Source: Rhodoluna sp.
GTDB taxonomy: Bacteria > Actinomycetota > Actinomycetes > Actinomycetales > Microbacteriaceae
Direction of reading: 5' to 3'
Assembly: GCA_044345905.1 (NCBI GenBank)
Contig: JBIJAF010000001.1
Coordinates: 20,305 to 84,304, forward strand
Length of the DNA: 64,000 nt
Shown here: positions 39,555 to 50,021 of the stretch, piece by piece
Numbering within the stretch: the stretch's first letter is position 1
Layout of the letters: each line of letters starts with the position of its first letter
Translations under genes and position numbers: made by a program
The notes under the pieces: model-generated
Told to the model about the DNA's origin: nothing
The model's database searches: none
What the model saw: only the letters and a program-made list of their open reading frames with translations

Positions 39555-40475
39555 ATGCTCGTCATCCTCGCACCTGGTCAAGGCTCTCAAAAGCCTGGCT
39601 TTATGTCGAGCTGGTTAGAAATTCCAGCTTTTAAAACAAAGCTAGAAGAATTCTCCGATGCTATTTCTCTTGATCTAATCCAGCACGGAACACTTAGTGA
39701 TGAAGAAACAATTAGGGACACAGCTATCGCCCAACCTCTCATTGTTGGAGCAAGCATTGCTACCGCCTCACTTCTAAACACAGCAAATGTTTCAGGTGTT
39801 GCCGGTCACTCTGTTGGAGAAGTTTCTGCAGCAGCTATTGCAAATGTTCTGACAGATGTTCAAGCAATGCAACTTGTAAACGTAAGAGCAAAAGCAATGG
39901 CTCATGCAGCAGCAACTAGCGAAGCAACTTCAATGGCTGCAGTTCTGGGTGGCGATCAGGACACAGTAATTGCTCGACTCACTGAACTAGGGCTCTCCCC
40001 TGCTAACTACAACGGCGCGGGACAGATTGTTGCAGCAGGTAGTAAATCAGCAATTGAACGACTAGTTGCAGAGGGTCCGCAGGGAAGCAAAGTAATTCCG
40101 CTAAGTGTCGCTGGTGCATTCCATACTTCATACATGCAACCAGCAGTAAGCGAACTTGAAGCGTTCACCTCTTCAATTGAAATCTCTAATCCAGATATCA
40201 AACTCTGGTCAAACCAAAACGGACAACTAGTTTCTGATGGTTCTGAATTCATCAACCTCTTGGTGGGACAAGTTGCTAACTCAGTCCGTTGGGATCTGTG
40301 CATGGAAGCAATGGTCAACGCAGGAGTAACTGCAGTAATCGAAGTTTCTCCAGCTGGAACATTGGCAGGACTTGCTAAGCGAGGAATGCCTGGAGTTGAA
40401 ATTGTTGCTCTCAAGGAACCAAAGGATTTGGAACTAGCTCAAGATCTAATCCATCGATCAGTAAAGAAGGACTAA
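39555..40475 (+). CDS. fabD: ACP S-malonyltransferase
   Basis: The N-terminus APGQGSQ and the active-site motif GHSVGE are present. Confidence 0.9.
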   Translation: MLVILAPGQGSQKPGFMSSWLEIPAFKTKLEEFSDAISLDLIQHGTLSDEETIRDTAIAQPLIVGASIATASLLNTANVSGVAGHSVGEVSAAAIANVLTDVQAMQLVNVRAKAMAHAAATSEATSMAAVLGGDQDTVIARLTELGLSPANYNGAGQIVAAGSKSAIERLVAEGPQGSKVIPLSVAGAFHTSYMQPAVSELEAFTSSIEISNPDIKLWSNQNGQLVSDGSEFINLLVGQVANSVRWDLCMEAMVNAGVTAVIEVSPAGTLAGLAKRGMPGVEIVALKEPKDLELAQDLIHRSVKKD

Positions 40476-41479
40476 TGTCTCAGCCGAAACTAAACCAATA
40501 TGAAACGACTAAATACAGTCGCATTTATTCTCTTGGTGCTGCTCGTGGCGACCTAATAGTTACTAACGATGACATTGCTGGCCCTATCGATTCAAGTGAC
40601 GAATGGATTCGTCAGCGCACTGGAATCATCACCAGAAGAAGAGCAGGCAAAGACCAGTCACTCATGGATATGGCCGTAGTTGCTTCCAATGAAGCTATCA
40701 AGCGAGCTGAAATTGATCCTCAAGAAATTGGTGCGGTAATCTTCAGCACAATTTCCCACCCTTACCAGACTCCATCAGCAGCAGCATTACTAGCCGACAA
40801 GATTGGTGCCAACCCAGCCCCTGCTTTCGACATTTCAGCAGCTTGTGCTGGATATTGCTACGGAATCGCTCAAGCAGATGCACTAGTTCGTTCAGGTGTT
40901 GCAAAGTATGTTTTGGTGGTTGGTGGCGAGAAGCTAAGCGACTTCATTGACCCAACCGATCGCTCAATCTCATTCCTTTTGGCTGATGGAGCAGGAGCTG
41001 CCATTGTTGGTCCCTCTGACACGCCTGGCATAGCACCTACTGTCTGGGGCTCAGATGGCTCGCACTGGGACTCAGTAAGCATGACCGCCTCTCTGCTTGA
41101 TTTTCGTGATGGAGAGGCCACCTGGCCAACCCTTAGACAAGATGGTTTGACAGTATTCAAGTGGGCCGTTTGGGAAATGGTCAAAGTTGCCAAGGAAGCA
41201 CTTGTGGTAGCAGGAGTAAAAGCTGAGGATCTATCCGCTTTGGTGACCCACCAGGCCAACATTCGAATTATTGATGAGTTAGTAAAACAGCTTCAACTGC
41301 CTGAGAACGTGGTTGTGGCAAGGGACATCATCAACACCGGAAACACCTCAGCAGCCAGCATCCCGTTGGCCATGGACCAAATTTTGAAGGACGGCGCAGT
41401 CAAACCAGGCGGACTCGCCCTACAGATCGGCTTTGGAGCAGGGCTTGCCTTCGCGGCTCAAGTCGTGGTTCTGCCCTAA
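40475..41479 (+). CDS. fabH: Beta-ketoacyl-ACP synthase III
   Basis: The Cys-His-Asn triad contexts SAACAGY, THQANIRI and GNTSAASIP are present. Confidence 0.9.
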   Translation: MSQPKLNQYETTKYSRIYSLGAARGDLIVTNDDIAGPIDSSDEWIRQRTGIITRRRAGKDQSLMDMAVVASNEAIKRAEIDPQEIGAVIFSTISHPYQTPSAAALLADKIGANPAPAFDISAACAGYCYGIAQADALVRSGVAKYVLVVGGEKLSDFIDPTDRSISFLLADGAGAAIVGPSDTPGIAPTVWGSDGSHWDSVSMTASLLDFRDGEATWPTLRQDGLTVFKWAVWEMVKVAKEALVVAGVKAEDLSALVTHQANIRIIDELVKQLQLPENVVVARDIINTGNTSAASIPLAMDQILKDGAVKPGGLALQIGFGAGLAFAAQVVVLP

Positions 41480-41516
41480 ACTTTACCTAGTAAATCAAAC
41501 AATCAAGGAGTAACAC

Positions 41517-41765
41517 ATGGCACTTTCACAGAACGAAGTTCTAGCAGGTCTTGCAGAAATCGTAAACGAAGAGACCGGCATCGACACTGAGTCAGTGAAG
41601 ATGGAAAAGTCTTTCACAAACGACCTAGACATCGACTCAATCTCAATGATGACTATCGTTGTGAACGCAGAAGAGAAGTTCAGCGTAAAGATCCCAGATG
41701 AAGAAGTAAAGAACCTTCTTACTGTTGGTGACGCTGTGAACTTCATCACTTCAGCACAGGGCTAA
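41517..41765 (+). CDS. acpP: Acyl carrier protein
   Basis: 82-aa ORF with the phosphopantetheine attachment motif DLDIDSISMM. Confidence 0.92.
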   Translation: MALSQNEVLAGLAEIVNEETGIDTESVKMEKSFTNDLDIDSISMMTIVVNAEEKFSVKIPDEEVKNLLTVGDAVNFITSAQG

Positions 41766-41771
41766 ACAATC

Positions 41772-43010
41772 TTGAGCAGCAAAATCGTTGTTACCGGGAT
41801 AGGAGCTACAACTCCTCTCGGTGGCGACGCTCAAACCACTTGGAAAGCATTACTTGCCGGTGAGTCCGGCATAACCACTATGGAACAGGAATGGGTTGCT
41901 CGACACGAGCTACCTGTTACTTTTGCTGGTCAGGCAAAGGTAAAGGCTTCCGAGATTCTCACTCTCCAAGAAACAAAAAGACTCGATCCATCAAGCCAGT
42001 TCGCTCTTATTGCTGCAAGAGAAGCTTGGGCTGATGCAGGAGTAACAGATTTTGACCCAGAGAGACTTTCTGTTGAATTTGCAACAGGAATTGGCGGTGT
42101 CTGGACTCTTCTAGATGCCTATGACACTCTCAAGGAAAAGGGACCTAGACGAGTCCTGCCAATGACTGTTCCTATGCTTATGCCAAATGGACCAGCTGCC
42201 GCAATCGGTATGGACATTTCAGCTAGAGGCGGAGTTAGAACATCTGTTTCAGCCTGTGCATCAGGAACCGAAGCTATTGCCAACGCCATTACAAGACTTC
42301 GTTCAGGCGAGATTGACATAGTTGTTGCAGGTGGTTGCGAGGCTGCGATGCATCCACTACCAATTGCTGCTTTCGCATCAATGCATGCCCTTTCAAGACG
42401 TAATGACCAGCCAGCTAAAGCAAGTCGTCCATACGATGTCAACAGAGACGGCTTCGTAATGGGTGAAGGTGCTGGAGCACTGGTTCTAGAGACCGAAGAG
42501 CACGCACTCGCTCGTGGAGCAAAGATTTATGCAGAACTAGCCGGTGGCTATGTAACCAGTGATGCGTATCACATCACTGCTCCAGATCCTGAAGGTGCAG
42601 CAGCAGCAAGAGCTGTAATTGGTGCACTAAAGATGGCTAACGCAGAGATCTCTGATGTTAATCACATCAATGCTCATGCAACCAGCACTCCAGTTGGCGA
42701 CGTAGCTGAATACACGGCCCTGAAGCGAGTATTTGGTGATCATCTAAAGAACATTGCTGTTTCAGCTACAAAGTCGTCTACCGGTCACCTACTCGGTGGA
42801 GCTGGCGCTATTGAAGCAATCTTTACAGTGCTTGCAGTTCAAACTAGAACTGCTCCCCCTACTATTAACCTGGATGATCCAGATCCAGCTATTGAACTTG
42901 ATGTTGTAACATCTCCAAGAGATTTGGGTGAGAACATTCTTGCCATTTCAAACTCATTTGGTTTTGGTGGACACAACGCTGTTGTCGCATTCCGGTCGTA
43001 CAACAAGTGA
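41772..43010 (+). CDS. fabF: Beta-ketoacyl-ACP synthase II (KasA/FabF-type)
   Basis: The active-site contexts SACASG, AYHITAP and NAHATST, and the C-terminal NSFGFGGHN, are present. Confidence 0.9.
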   Translation: MSSKIVVTGIGATTPLGGDAQTTWKALLAGESGITTMEQEWVARHELPVTFAGQAKVKASEILTLQETKRLDPSSQFALIAAREAWADAGVTDFDPERLSVEFATGIGGVWTLLDAYDTLKEKGPRRVLPMTVPMLMPNGPAAAIGMDISARGGVRTSVSACASGTEAIANAITRLRSGEIDIVVAGGCEAAMHPLPIAAFASMHALSRRNDQPAKASRPYDVNRDGFVMGEGAGALVLETEEHALARGAKIYAELAGGYVTSDAYHITAPDPEGAAAARAVIGALKMANAEISDVNHINAHATSTPVGDVAEYTALKRVFGDHLKNIAVSATKSSTGHLLGGAGAIEAIFTVLAVQTRTAPPTINLDDPDPAIELDVVTSPRDLGENILAISNSFGFGGHNAVVAFRSYNK

Positions 43011-43023
43011 TTTTCAGAAAGTA

Positions 43024-43058
43024 AAAAACCTGACCCAAGAAATGTGGTCAGGTTTTTT
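43024..43058. terminator. Bidirectional intrinsic terminator between convergent fabF and ctaF
   Basis: AACCTGACC-caagaaatgt-GGTCAGGTT forms a 9-bp stem. It is flanked by AAAAAA on the left and TTTTTT on the right. Confidence 0.8.
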
Positions 43059-43072
43059 CTTTAGCTTTTTAC

Positions 43073-43483
43073 TTAGTGAGCGTGTTGGCCTCTTGAGTGC
43101 TCAAACACAAAACCGATTAGACCAATCATGGATAGTGAGAATCCAATTGCGAATAACCATGGGCCGACTGCAAGTGCTGTGAAGCTTATTGCTGCACCTA
43201 AACCTAGAACTAGAGGCCACCATGACCATGGAGCGAAGAATCCCATTTCTGCTTCACCGTCTTCTATGTTTGCATCTGGGTTATCTTCTGGGCCAGTGAA
43301 GTTCTTTGCTGACTTTGCTAGGTAGAACGCAATGAAACCAGTCAAGAAAACAAGCATGAATAGTGCAGCAAAACCGATTACTTCAATTTCTCCATCGGCT
43401 ATGTAAGTCCAGTATCCATAGATTGCAGCAACTACTAAGTTGAAAATGGTGAGGATGTTCAGCATTGTGACGTTAGTCTTCAT
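43073..43483 (-). CDS. ctaF: Cytochrome c oxidase subunit IV (actinobacterial CtaF)
   Basis: 136-aa protein with 4 TM helices immediately downstream of ctaD. The typical FFAPWSWWPL motif is present. Confidence 0.8.
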   Translation of the reverse strand: MKTNVTMLNILTIFNLVVAAIYGYWTYIADGEIEVIGFAALFMLVFLTGFIAFYLAKSAKNFTGPEDNPDANIEDGEAEMGFFAPWSWWPLVLGLGAAISFTALAVGPWLFAIGFSLSMIGLIGFVFEHSRGQHAH

Positions 43484-43485
43484 AG

Positions 43486-45138
43486 CTACTTCTTTCCCTT
43501 TCCACCTAGCGGTTTAGCATCTGGCGATGCATACTCCGGATGGTTTAGGTCAAATGCTGGGGATTCACTTCTGATTCTTGGAATAGATGTGAAGTTGTGT
43601 CTTGGTAGTGGTGATGCTGTTGCCCACTCAAGTGAACGTCCGTAACCCCATGGGTCATTCATCTCCACTAGCTTGCCCTTGCGGCTGGTGATCCAAACGT
43701 TCCAGAGGAATGGAAGCATAGATAGACCCAGAAGCAATGAACCTGCTGTTGAAACTTGGTTCATCCAGGTGAAGCCATCGCCCTCAAGGTATGTGTAGTA
43801 ACGACGAGGCATACCCTTCACACCTAACCAGTGCTGGATTAGGAATGTGATGTGGAAACCGAAGAACAATAACCAGAAGTGAATCTTTCCAAGTCTTTCG
43901 TTCAACATCTTTCCAGTGAACTTTGGCCACCAGAAGTAGAAACCTGCGAACATAGCGAACACAACAGTTCCGAACACTACGTAGTGGAAGTGAGCTACAA
44001 CGAAGTATGAATCGCTAACGTGGAAGTCCAATGCTGGTGAAGCAAGAATTACACCAGTCAATCCACCGAAGATGAATGTGGTTAGGAAGCCAAGGCTCCA
44101 TAGCATTGGGGTTTCAAACGTGATTGATCCTCGCCACATCGTGCCAATCCAGTTGAATATCTTGACACCCGTGGGAACCGCAATAAGCATCGTCGTGAAT
44201 GCGAAGAATGGAAGTAGCACTGAACCGGTTACGTACATGTGGTGAGCCCACACTGTCATAGACAAGGCAGCGATTGCGATTGTCGCGTAAATCAGAGTCC
44301 TATATCCAAATACAGGCTTTCTGCTGAACACTGGGAAAATCTCAGAAACGATTCCGAAGAATGGCAAGGCGATGATGTAAACCTCTGGATGTCCAAAGAA
44401 CCAGAACAAGTGTTGCCAAAGCATTGCTCCACCGTTCTCTGGGTCAAAGATGTGAGCACCGAATTTTCTATCTGCACCTAGAGCGAACAAAGCTGCAGCT
44501 AGAGGTGGGAAAGCCATGATTACAAGAATTGAAGTAACTAGTGCATTCCAAGTGAAGATAGGCATACGGAACATAGTCATACCTGGTGCACGCATGGTGA
44601 TGATGGTTGTGATGAAGTTCACACCACCAAGGATTGTTCCGAAACCGCTAAGAGCTAGACCAAACACCCATAGATCTCCACCGAGTCCAGGAGAGAATGT
44701 CGTATTCGATAGCGGTGCATAAGCAAACCAACCAAATGATGCTGCACCTTGAGGAGTAAAGAAACCTGCAACAGCAATGAATGATCCCCAGAAGTAGAAC
44801 CAATAAGCAATTGCGTTCAGTCTTGGGAAAGCAACATCCGGAGCACCAATCTGAACTGGCATCAAAACGTTTACGAAACCAGCGAACAACGGAGTTGCAA
44901 ACATCAAAAGCATGATGGTTCCGTGCATTGTGAAAAGCTGGTTGTACTGTTCTTTAGTTTGAACGATTGTCAACCCTGGCATTGCAAGCTGAGCTCTGAT
45001 CAAGAGAGCCATAACTCCAGCAATCATGAAGTAAACAAATGAAGTACCAAGATATAGATAACCGATTTTCTTGTGATCAGTTGTGGTCAACCAATCGACG
45101 ACTATGCGACCTTTGCCTGGTTTTGCTGGCTGTGCCAT
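43486..45138 (-). CDS. ctaD: Cytochrome c oxidase subunit I
   Basis: 550-aa ORF with haem-copper oxidase signatures ([33 protein letters not shown]). Confidence 0.95.
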   Translation of the reverse strand: MAQPAKPGKGRIVVDWLTTTDHKKIGYLYLGTSFVYFMIAGVMALLIRAQLAMPGLTIVQTKEQYNQLFTMHGTIMLLMFATPLFAGFVNVLMPVQIGAPDVAFPRLNAIAYWFYFWGSFIAVAGFFTPQGAASFGWFAYAPLSNTTFSPGLGGDLWVFGLALSGFGTILGGVNFITTIITMRAPGMTMFRMPIFTWNALVTSILVIMAFPPLAAALFALGADRKFGAHIFDPENGGAMLWQHLFWFFGHPEVYIIALPFFGIVSEIFPVFSRKPVFGYRTLIYATIAIAALSMTVWAHHMYVTGSVLLPFFAFTTMLIAVPTGVKIFNWIGTMWRGSITFETPMLWSLGFLTTFIFGGLTGVILASPALDFHVSDSYFVVAHFHYVVFGTVVFAMFAGFYFWWPKFTGKMLNERLGKIHFWLLFFGFHITFLIQHWLGVKGMPRRYYTYLEGDGFTWMNQVSTAGSLLLGLSMLPFLWNVWITSRKGKLVEMNDPWGYGRSLEWATASPLPRHNFTSIPRIRSESPAFDLNHPEYASPDAKPLGGKGKK

Positions 45139-45141
45139 CTA

Positions 45142-46011
45142 CTAGCCCTCACTCTTTGGTTTGTTGCCTGGAAGATTCTTGTTTCTGTTGATGTTGTCTG
45201 GGTCATTTGGATCTGCGTTCAGTTGCCCAACGTTACCCATCTTCGCCAACTCATCCATACGAGCGTCATAATCCTCTTGAGAAACAACCTTCACGTTGAA
45301 AAGCATCATTGAGTGGAACTCACCACAAAGCTCGGCACACTTACCTTTGTAAGTACCGATTACTTGTGGAGTCAAATACATTTTGTTTACTTTGCCTGGG
45401 AATACGTCTTTCTTATACAAGAAGTCGATTACCCAGAAAGAGTGAATGACATCTCTAGAAATTAGATCAAACTGAATTGTCTTGTTTACAGGTAAGTAAA
45501 GTGTTGGAAGCTCTTTTTCAGCCTCTTCAGTTACAGCTTGAAGCTGAATTCCAGAGTCGTAGACATTGTCATTGGTGTAATTGAAGTCCCAAGACCACTG
45601 CTTTCCAACTACTTCAATTCTGTAATCGCTGGCAACAGGCTTTTCAATTTCAGCAATATCTCTTGCTGTTAGTGCGAAGAATCCAAGAACCAAAATCAAA
45701 GGTACTACTGTGAACAGAGCTTCAATTGGCATGTTGTAACGAAACTGAGGTGGGATCTCAGTGTCACCCTTGCGGCGACGATAAACGATGATTGCCCAGA
45801 ACATTAGGCCCCACGCAATGAGCCCGACTGCGTAAAGAACTACCCAAGAGCCAGCCCAAAGGGAAACCACTCGCTCGGTGTGATTGGTTACTCCAGTTAC
45901 ACCAGGTAGCCAACCTCTTGAGAATTCGTATGATGTACAGCCTGACAAAGAGGCAATTAGAACAGCAAATAGCGGGATTAGAGCCCATCTATTTCTACGT
46001 TTTGGAAGCAA
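45142..46011 (-). CDS. ctaC: Cytochrome c oxidase subunit II (lipoprotein)
   Basis: Lipobox SLSGC, two TM helices, and CuA site DVIHSFWV...CAELCGEFHSMM. It starts at TTG. Confidence 0.9.
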   Translation of the reverse strand: MLPKRRNRWALIPLFAVLIASLSGCTSYEFSRGWLPGVTGVTNHTERVVSLWAGSWVVLYAVGLIAWGLMFWAIIVYRRRKGDTEIPPQFRYNMPIEALFTVVPLILVLGFFALTARDIAEIEKPVASDYRIEVVGKQWSWDFNYTNDNVYDSGIQLQAVTEEAEKELPTLYLPVNKTIQFDLISRDVIHSFWVIDFLYKKDVFPGKVNKMYLTPQVIGTYKGKCAELCGEFHSMMLFNVKVVSQEDYDARMDELAKMGNVGQLNADPNDPDNINRNKNLPGNKPKSEG

Positions 46012-46119
46012 AATCGATCCTTCAATATCGTTTCGTTATAAAACAAGTTTATGTGTTAATTGAAGCCACCAACGCCATAACACCCCAAAACTAAAGGGAA
46101 AGCATGGCTGTAATGAGAT

Positions 46120-46482
46120 TTAGCTGAAGGAAGATCCACAGGCACAGCTGCCCTGGCTGTTTGGATTGTCAATTTCGAACGCACGCTTCTGGAAAGTGTC
46201 GACAAAGTCAAAAGTAGCTCCAGAAATATAAGGAGCTGTCATGCTGTCGACAACAACTTCTACCCCAGCAAAGTCCTTGATTAGGTCATCTTCACGCAAT
46301 TCAGGGGTCAAAATGAATGGCAGGTACTGGAATCCGGCACAACCACCGACTTTGATCTCAACACGTAGGCGAAGTTTTTCGCCTTCATTTAGGTCGCTAA
46401 CATCAGCTGATTCGATGTGTCTAAGTAGTTCTGCTCTTGCTGCATCAGTGATTTCAAGCCCGTGAGCCATTGTTTCAGTCAT
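46120..46482 (-). CDS. erpA: Iron-sulfur cluster insertion protein (HesB/IscA/ErpA family)
   Basis: 120-aa ORF with the Cys ligands in GGCAGFQY and C-terminal GSCACGSSFS. Confidence 0.85.
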   Translation of the reverse strand: MTETMAHGLEITDAARAELLRHIESADVSDLNEGEKLRLRVEIKVGGCAGFQYLPFILTPELREDDLIKDFAGVEVVVDSMTAPYISGATFDFVDTFQKRAFEIDNPNSQGSCACGSSFS

Positions 46483-46533
46483 TTCACTCTCCTATTAGGT
46501 CCTAATTCTAAGCCTTCAAATGTCTGTTTTGGG

Positions 46534-47961
46534 CTATTCAGACTTCAAATCATTGCCAAGTAGCAGGAATAGCGACTCAGCAACCATGGCATTCTTGAGC
46601 CCGACCAAGTGGACTGACTCATTAGGGCTATGTGCCCTAGAATCGGCATCTTCCACCCCTGTAACCAATATTTGGGCATTAGGGAAAACCTCGGTCAAAT
46701 CGGCAATAAACGGGATGGAACCGCCAATGCCAATCTCTAACATTGGGTTGCCAAAAGCTGCTTCCAGGCTGTTCTTAGCCAATTCTTGGGCCCAGCCAGA
46801 GGTATCAGCCATAAATGGTTTGCCTGTCTCAACCAAACCTAACTCCAAAACCGCACCAAAAGGCACATTCTTCGCAATATGGGCTTGAAGTAGGCCTAAA
46901 GCCTCATCTGGATCCTGACCCGGAGCGATTCTCAAGCTGACTTTGGCGGAGGCTGTTGGGAGCAAGGTATTAGAGGACATAGCTACCGATGGAACGTCAA
47001 TCCCAATGATGGTTAGAGCTGGCTTACCCCAGATTCGGTCCATTATGCCGCCCTCGCCAATCTGGCTAACTTCAGGCAAAAGGCTACTATCGGCTCTCAA
47101 ATTGGCATCTGTGTATGGCAAATCCTCGAATTTGTAGGTCTTTAGACCCTCAATTGCCACATTTCCCTTGTCATCGTGGAGGGATGCAAGAACTTTGATC
47201 ATTGGAATGATTGCATCTGGAATTGCTCCACCAAACATGCCTGAATGCACTGCGTGTTCCATAGTCCTGATAGTGAACTCCTGAGAAACCATGCCTCGTA
47301 GGCTAACTGTGAGGGCAGGAACCTCTGGGGACCAGTTCATTGAGTCCGCCACAATAATCACATCGGCAGCCAATTTGTCCTTGTTTTCATCAAGGAAAGC
47401 CCTGAAGGTTCTAGATCCAGCTTCTTCTTCACCTTCGATAAAGATTGAAATACCTAGGTCAAAATCATCTCCAGCAATGGCCTTTAGGGTCTCGATTGCT
47501 GTCAAATGGGCTACGACTCCAGCTTTATCGTCTGCAGCACCTCGTCCATAGATTCGACCATCTTTAGCAGTTGGTTCAAATGCTGGAGTTAGCCATTGTG
47601 AGGCATCTCCTGGAGGCTGGACATCGTGGTGAGCGTATAGAAGAACGTGTGGTCGACCGTTTTTGGCAGGTCTTGATGCAAGAACCGCTGGAGCTCCTGC
47701 CTTTCCATCAACTACCGAATTCTTAATCTCAACAGTTTCGAAGACACCTGAGTTTCTAAATAGTTCTGCCACAGCCTCAGCACTTCTAGCTAGATCAGCT
47801 TCATCAAAAGCTTCCCAAGCAATGCCAGGAATACGGACCAGCTTGCCTAGCGTAGCCACGCGTTGAGAGAAATCTGCGTCCACTTGCTCTCTAACCTTGT
47901 TAGCAAGGCCGGCATCGGGTGTCATGGATTGAGAACTAGTCTTAGTAATAGAGAATGTCAT
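46534..47961 (-). CDS. M20 family dipeptidase
   Basis: 475-aa ORF with the metal-ligand contexts YAHHDVQPPG, GRGAADDKAG and FIEGEEEAGS. Confidence 0.8.
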   Translation of the reverse strand: MTFSITKTSSQSMTPDAGLANKVREQVDADFSQRVATLGKLVRIPGIAWEAFDEADLARSAEAVAELFRNSGVFETVEIKNSVVDGKAGAPAVLASRPAKNGRPHVLLYAHHDVQPPGDASQWLTPAFEPTAKDGRIYGRGAADDKAGVVAHLTAIETLKAIAGDDFDLGISIFIEGEEEAGSRTFRAFLDENKDKLAADVIIVADSMNWSPEVPALTVSLRGMVSQEFTIRTMEHAVHSGMFGGAIPDAIIPMIKVLASLHDDKGNVAIEGLKTYKFEDLPYTDANLRADSSLLPEVSQIGEGGIMDRIWGKPALTIIGIDVPSVAMSSNTLLPTASAKVSLRIAPGQDPDEALGLLQAHIAKNVPFGAVLELGLVETGKPFMADTSGWAQELAKNSLEAAFGNPMLEIGIGGSIPFIADLTEVFPNAQILVTGVEDADSRAHSPNESVHLVGLKNAMVAESLFLLLGNDLKSE

Positions 47962-48004
47962 GTGAGTAATCTAAATCACACGAGCCCCAAAATGAAGGAC
48001 ATAA

Positions 48005-48553
48005 ATGAGCGACCAGAAAAAAGATCTTGGATCAAAGACCCAAGGTAAAGGCCGAGCAACCCCAACACGCAAAGAGCGTGAAGCTGCCAACATAAAGCCA
48101 CTGGTCGGCAACAAAAGCAAAGAGGCCAGAGCCGCTGCAAAAATTCAGCAAAGAGACGCCCGACTAAAGGCTAGAGCTGCCATGATGGCCGGCGATGAGA
48201 AATACCTCTTGGGCAGAGACCAAGGACCTCAGCGCAAGATTGCTCGTGAGATTATTGATGGTCGCTACACCATCATTGAAGGTCTAATGCCTCTTATGGT
48301 GGTGTTCCTATTGGTTACTTCTGTCACACCAGCTGCAGCTAACACCATCATTACGTTTGTAATGATCATTGCTTTAGTGGTAGTCAGCATTGAAGCAACT
48401 TTGATGCACAAACTTATTGGCAATCGAATCAAGGAAAAGCTTGGAGCAACTACCAAGATGCAAAAGGGTACCTGGTTCTACGTCTTCACTAGAGGTATGC
48501 AGCCACGTCCATTAAGAATTCCAAAACCAGCACCGCGACGCAAAAAGCAATAG
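48005..48553 (+). CDS. DUF3043-like membrane protein
   Basis: 182-aa ORF with a basic N-terminus (GKGRATPTRKEREAA), two TM helices and a basic C-terminus. Its position near the cta/erpA cluster matches the actinobacterial Rv2206-like protein. Confidence 0.6.
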   Translation: MSDQKKDLGSKTQGKGRATPTRKEREAANIKPLVGNKSKEARAAAKIQQRDARLKARAAMMAGDEKYLLGRDQGPQRKIAREIIDGRYTIIEGLMPLMVVFLLVTSVTPAAANTIITFVMIIALVVVSIEATLMHKLIGNRIKEKLGATTKMQKGTWFYVFTRGMQPRPLRIPKPAPRRKKQ

Positions 48554-48603
48554 CGCATAAATTACCTCGAAATAGGAACCACAAGTTCACAAAGGAGTTA
48601 GCT

Positions 48604-49992
48604 GTGGCCGAAGAAAAAACAATTCACTTACCTGACCTTATCCAACAGGTGGTAGCTTCCATAGAGGAGCTTAAAGACACTTACGGTTCTTTTCAAGAAC
48701 ACGAGAGTGTGCGAAAGAGTCAAAACGAGGCATCATCTGTTCTCAGAGAGCTAACCGACCGATTAGAAAACAACTTTCCTTACTTTCATCCAAACTATGC
48801 AGCTCAAATGCTTAAAGCTCCTCACCCGGTAGCAATTGCAGCATATCTCGCAACAATGATGCTCAACCCAAACAACCATTCGATTGATGCCTCACCCGCA
48901 ACAACTGAAATGGAACGAGATGTTCTGAAGCAGATGGCTGCGATGTTTGAATATCCAGATGAATTTCTCGGGCATCTAACTTGGAGCGGAACTACCGCAA
49001 ATCTAGAGGCACTCTGGATTGCGCGTGAGCTACAACCTTCCAAGAAGATTGCTCATTCCGCAGATGCTCATTACACCCATTCAAGAATGTCCGAGGTACT
49101 AGGAACAACAAACGTTTCTATTCCAACCGAGGCAGACGGGAGAATGTCCCTTGATGCCTTAGAGACGCAATTGAAAACCGGTTCCATCGGCACTGTTGTT
49201 GCAACCCTTGGCACCACTGGGCTTGGCGCAGTGGATCCCCTTGCTGACATCATTTCTCTTGCCCGTCAGTATCAGGCTCGTGTTCATGTGGACACTGCTT
49301 ATGGAGGTTTCTTCAAATTAATTGCGGCGAACCATCTGACTCCGCAAACCGCAAGACACTTTGCGGCACTTAAGGACGCAGATTCAATCGTTGTGGACCC
49401 ACACAAGCATGGTTTGCAGCCTTACGGAAGTGGCGCTGTATTCTTCAAGGATGTATCGATAGGAAAGTTCTATAGGCACGACTCCCCTTACACATATTTC
49501 ATTTCTGATGATTTGCATTTTGGTGAAATTCAACTTGAATGTTCAAGAGCTGGTGCATCTGCTGCGGCAATCTGGGCAACCTTAAAACTGTTTCCGCTAA
49601 CGGAGCAAGGACTGGGGTCAGTTCTGACCGCAACTAGAAACGCGGCAGTAGCTTGGCATGAAAAGCTAAAAACCTCAGAAGTGCTTTTGCCTTTCCAACA
49701 GCCTGAGCTTGACATCGTCACTTACTTGCCAAGATCAAAGACTATGTCTGAATTGGACGAGGTCTCCCATCAGATTCTTCTCCAAGCAAGTCAAGGCCCA
49801 AGAGAAGATCAAGTCCATGTCGCGACATATTTAGTCCAAGCGGAGCAACTAAAGCAACGTGGGATTGAAATGACCAACGACCGAAGTGCTGCGAGGATTC
49901 TCCGAAGCGTATTGATGAAACCTGAACACGAAGCCCAAGTTCCAGCCTTGCATTCAAAAATAGAAGATCTCGCTAGACGTTTATTGGGCTAG
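48604..49992 (+). CDS. PLP-dependent group II amino-acid decarboxylase (MfnA/tyrosine-aspartate decarboxylase-like)
   Basis: 462-aa ORF with SGTTANLEALW and the PLP-lysine motif VVDPHKHGLQPYGSGAVFF. It starts at GTG, with AAGGAG upstream. The substrate cannot be assigned from the sequence. Confidence 0.7.
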   Translation: MAEEKTIHLPDLIQQVVASIEELKDTYGSFQEHESVRKSQNEASSVLRELTDRLENNFPYFHPNYAAQMLKAPHPVAIAAYLATMMLNPNNHSIDASPATTEMERDVLKQMAAMFEYPDEFLGHLTWSGTTANLEALWIARELQPSKKIAHSADAHYTHSRMSEVLGTTNVSIPTEADGRMSLDALETQLKTGSIGTVVATLGTTGLGAVDPLADIISLARQYQARVHVDTAYGGFFKLIAANHLTPQTARHFAALKDADSIVVDPHKHGLQPYGSGAVFFKDVSIGKFYRHDSPYTYFISDDLHFGEIQLECSRAGASAAAIWATLKLFPLTEQGLGSVLTATRNAAVAWHEKLKTSEVLLPFQQPELDIVTYLPRSKTMSELDEVSHQILLQASQGPREDQVHVATYLVQAEQLKQRGIEMTNDRSAARILRSVLMKPEHEAQVPALHSKIEDLARRLLG

Positions 49993-50021
49993 CATTCACG
50001 TATCAACTTATAAGGAGATAA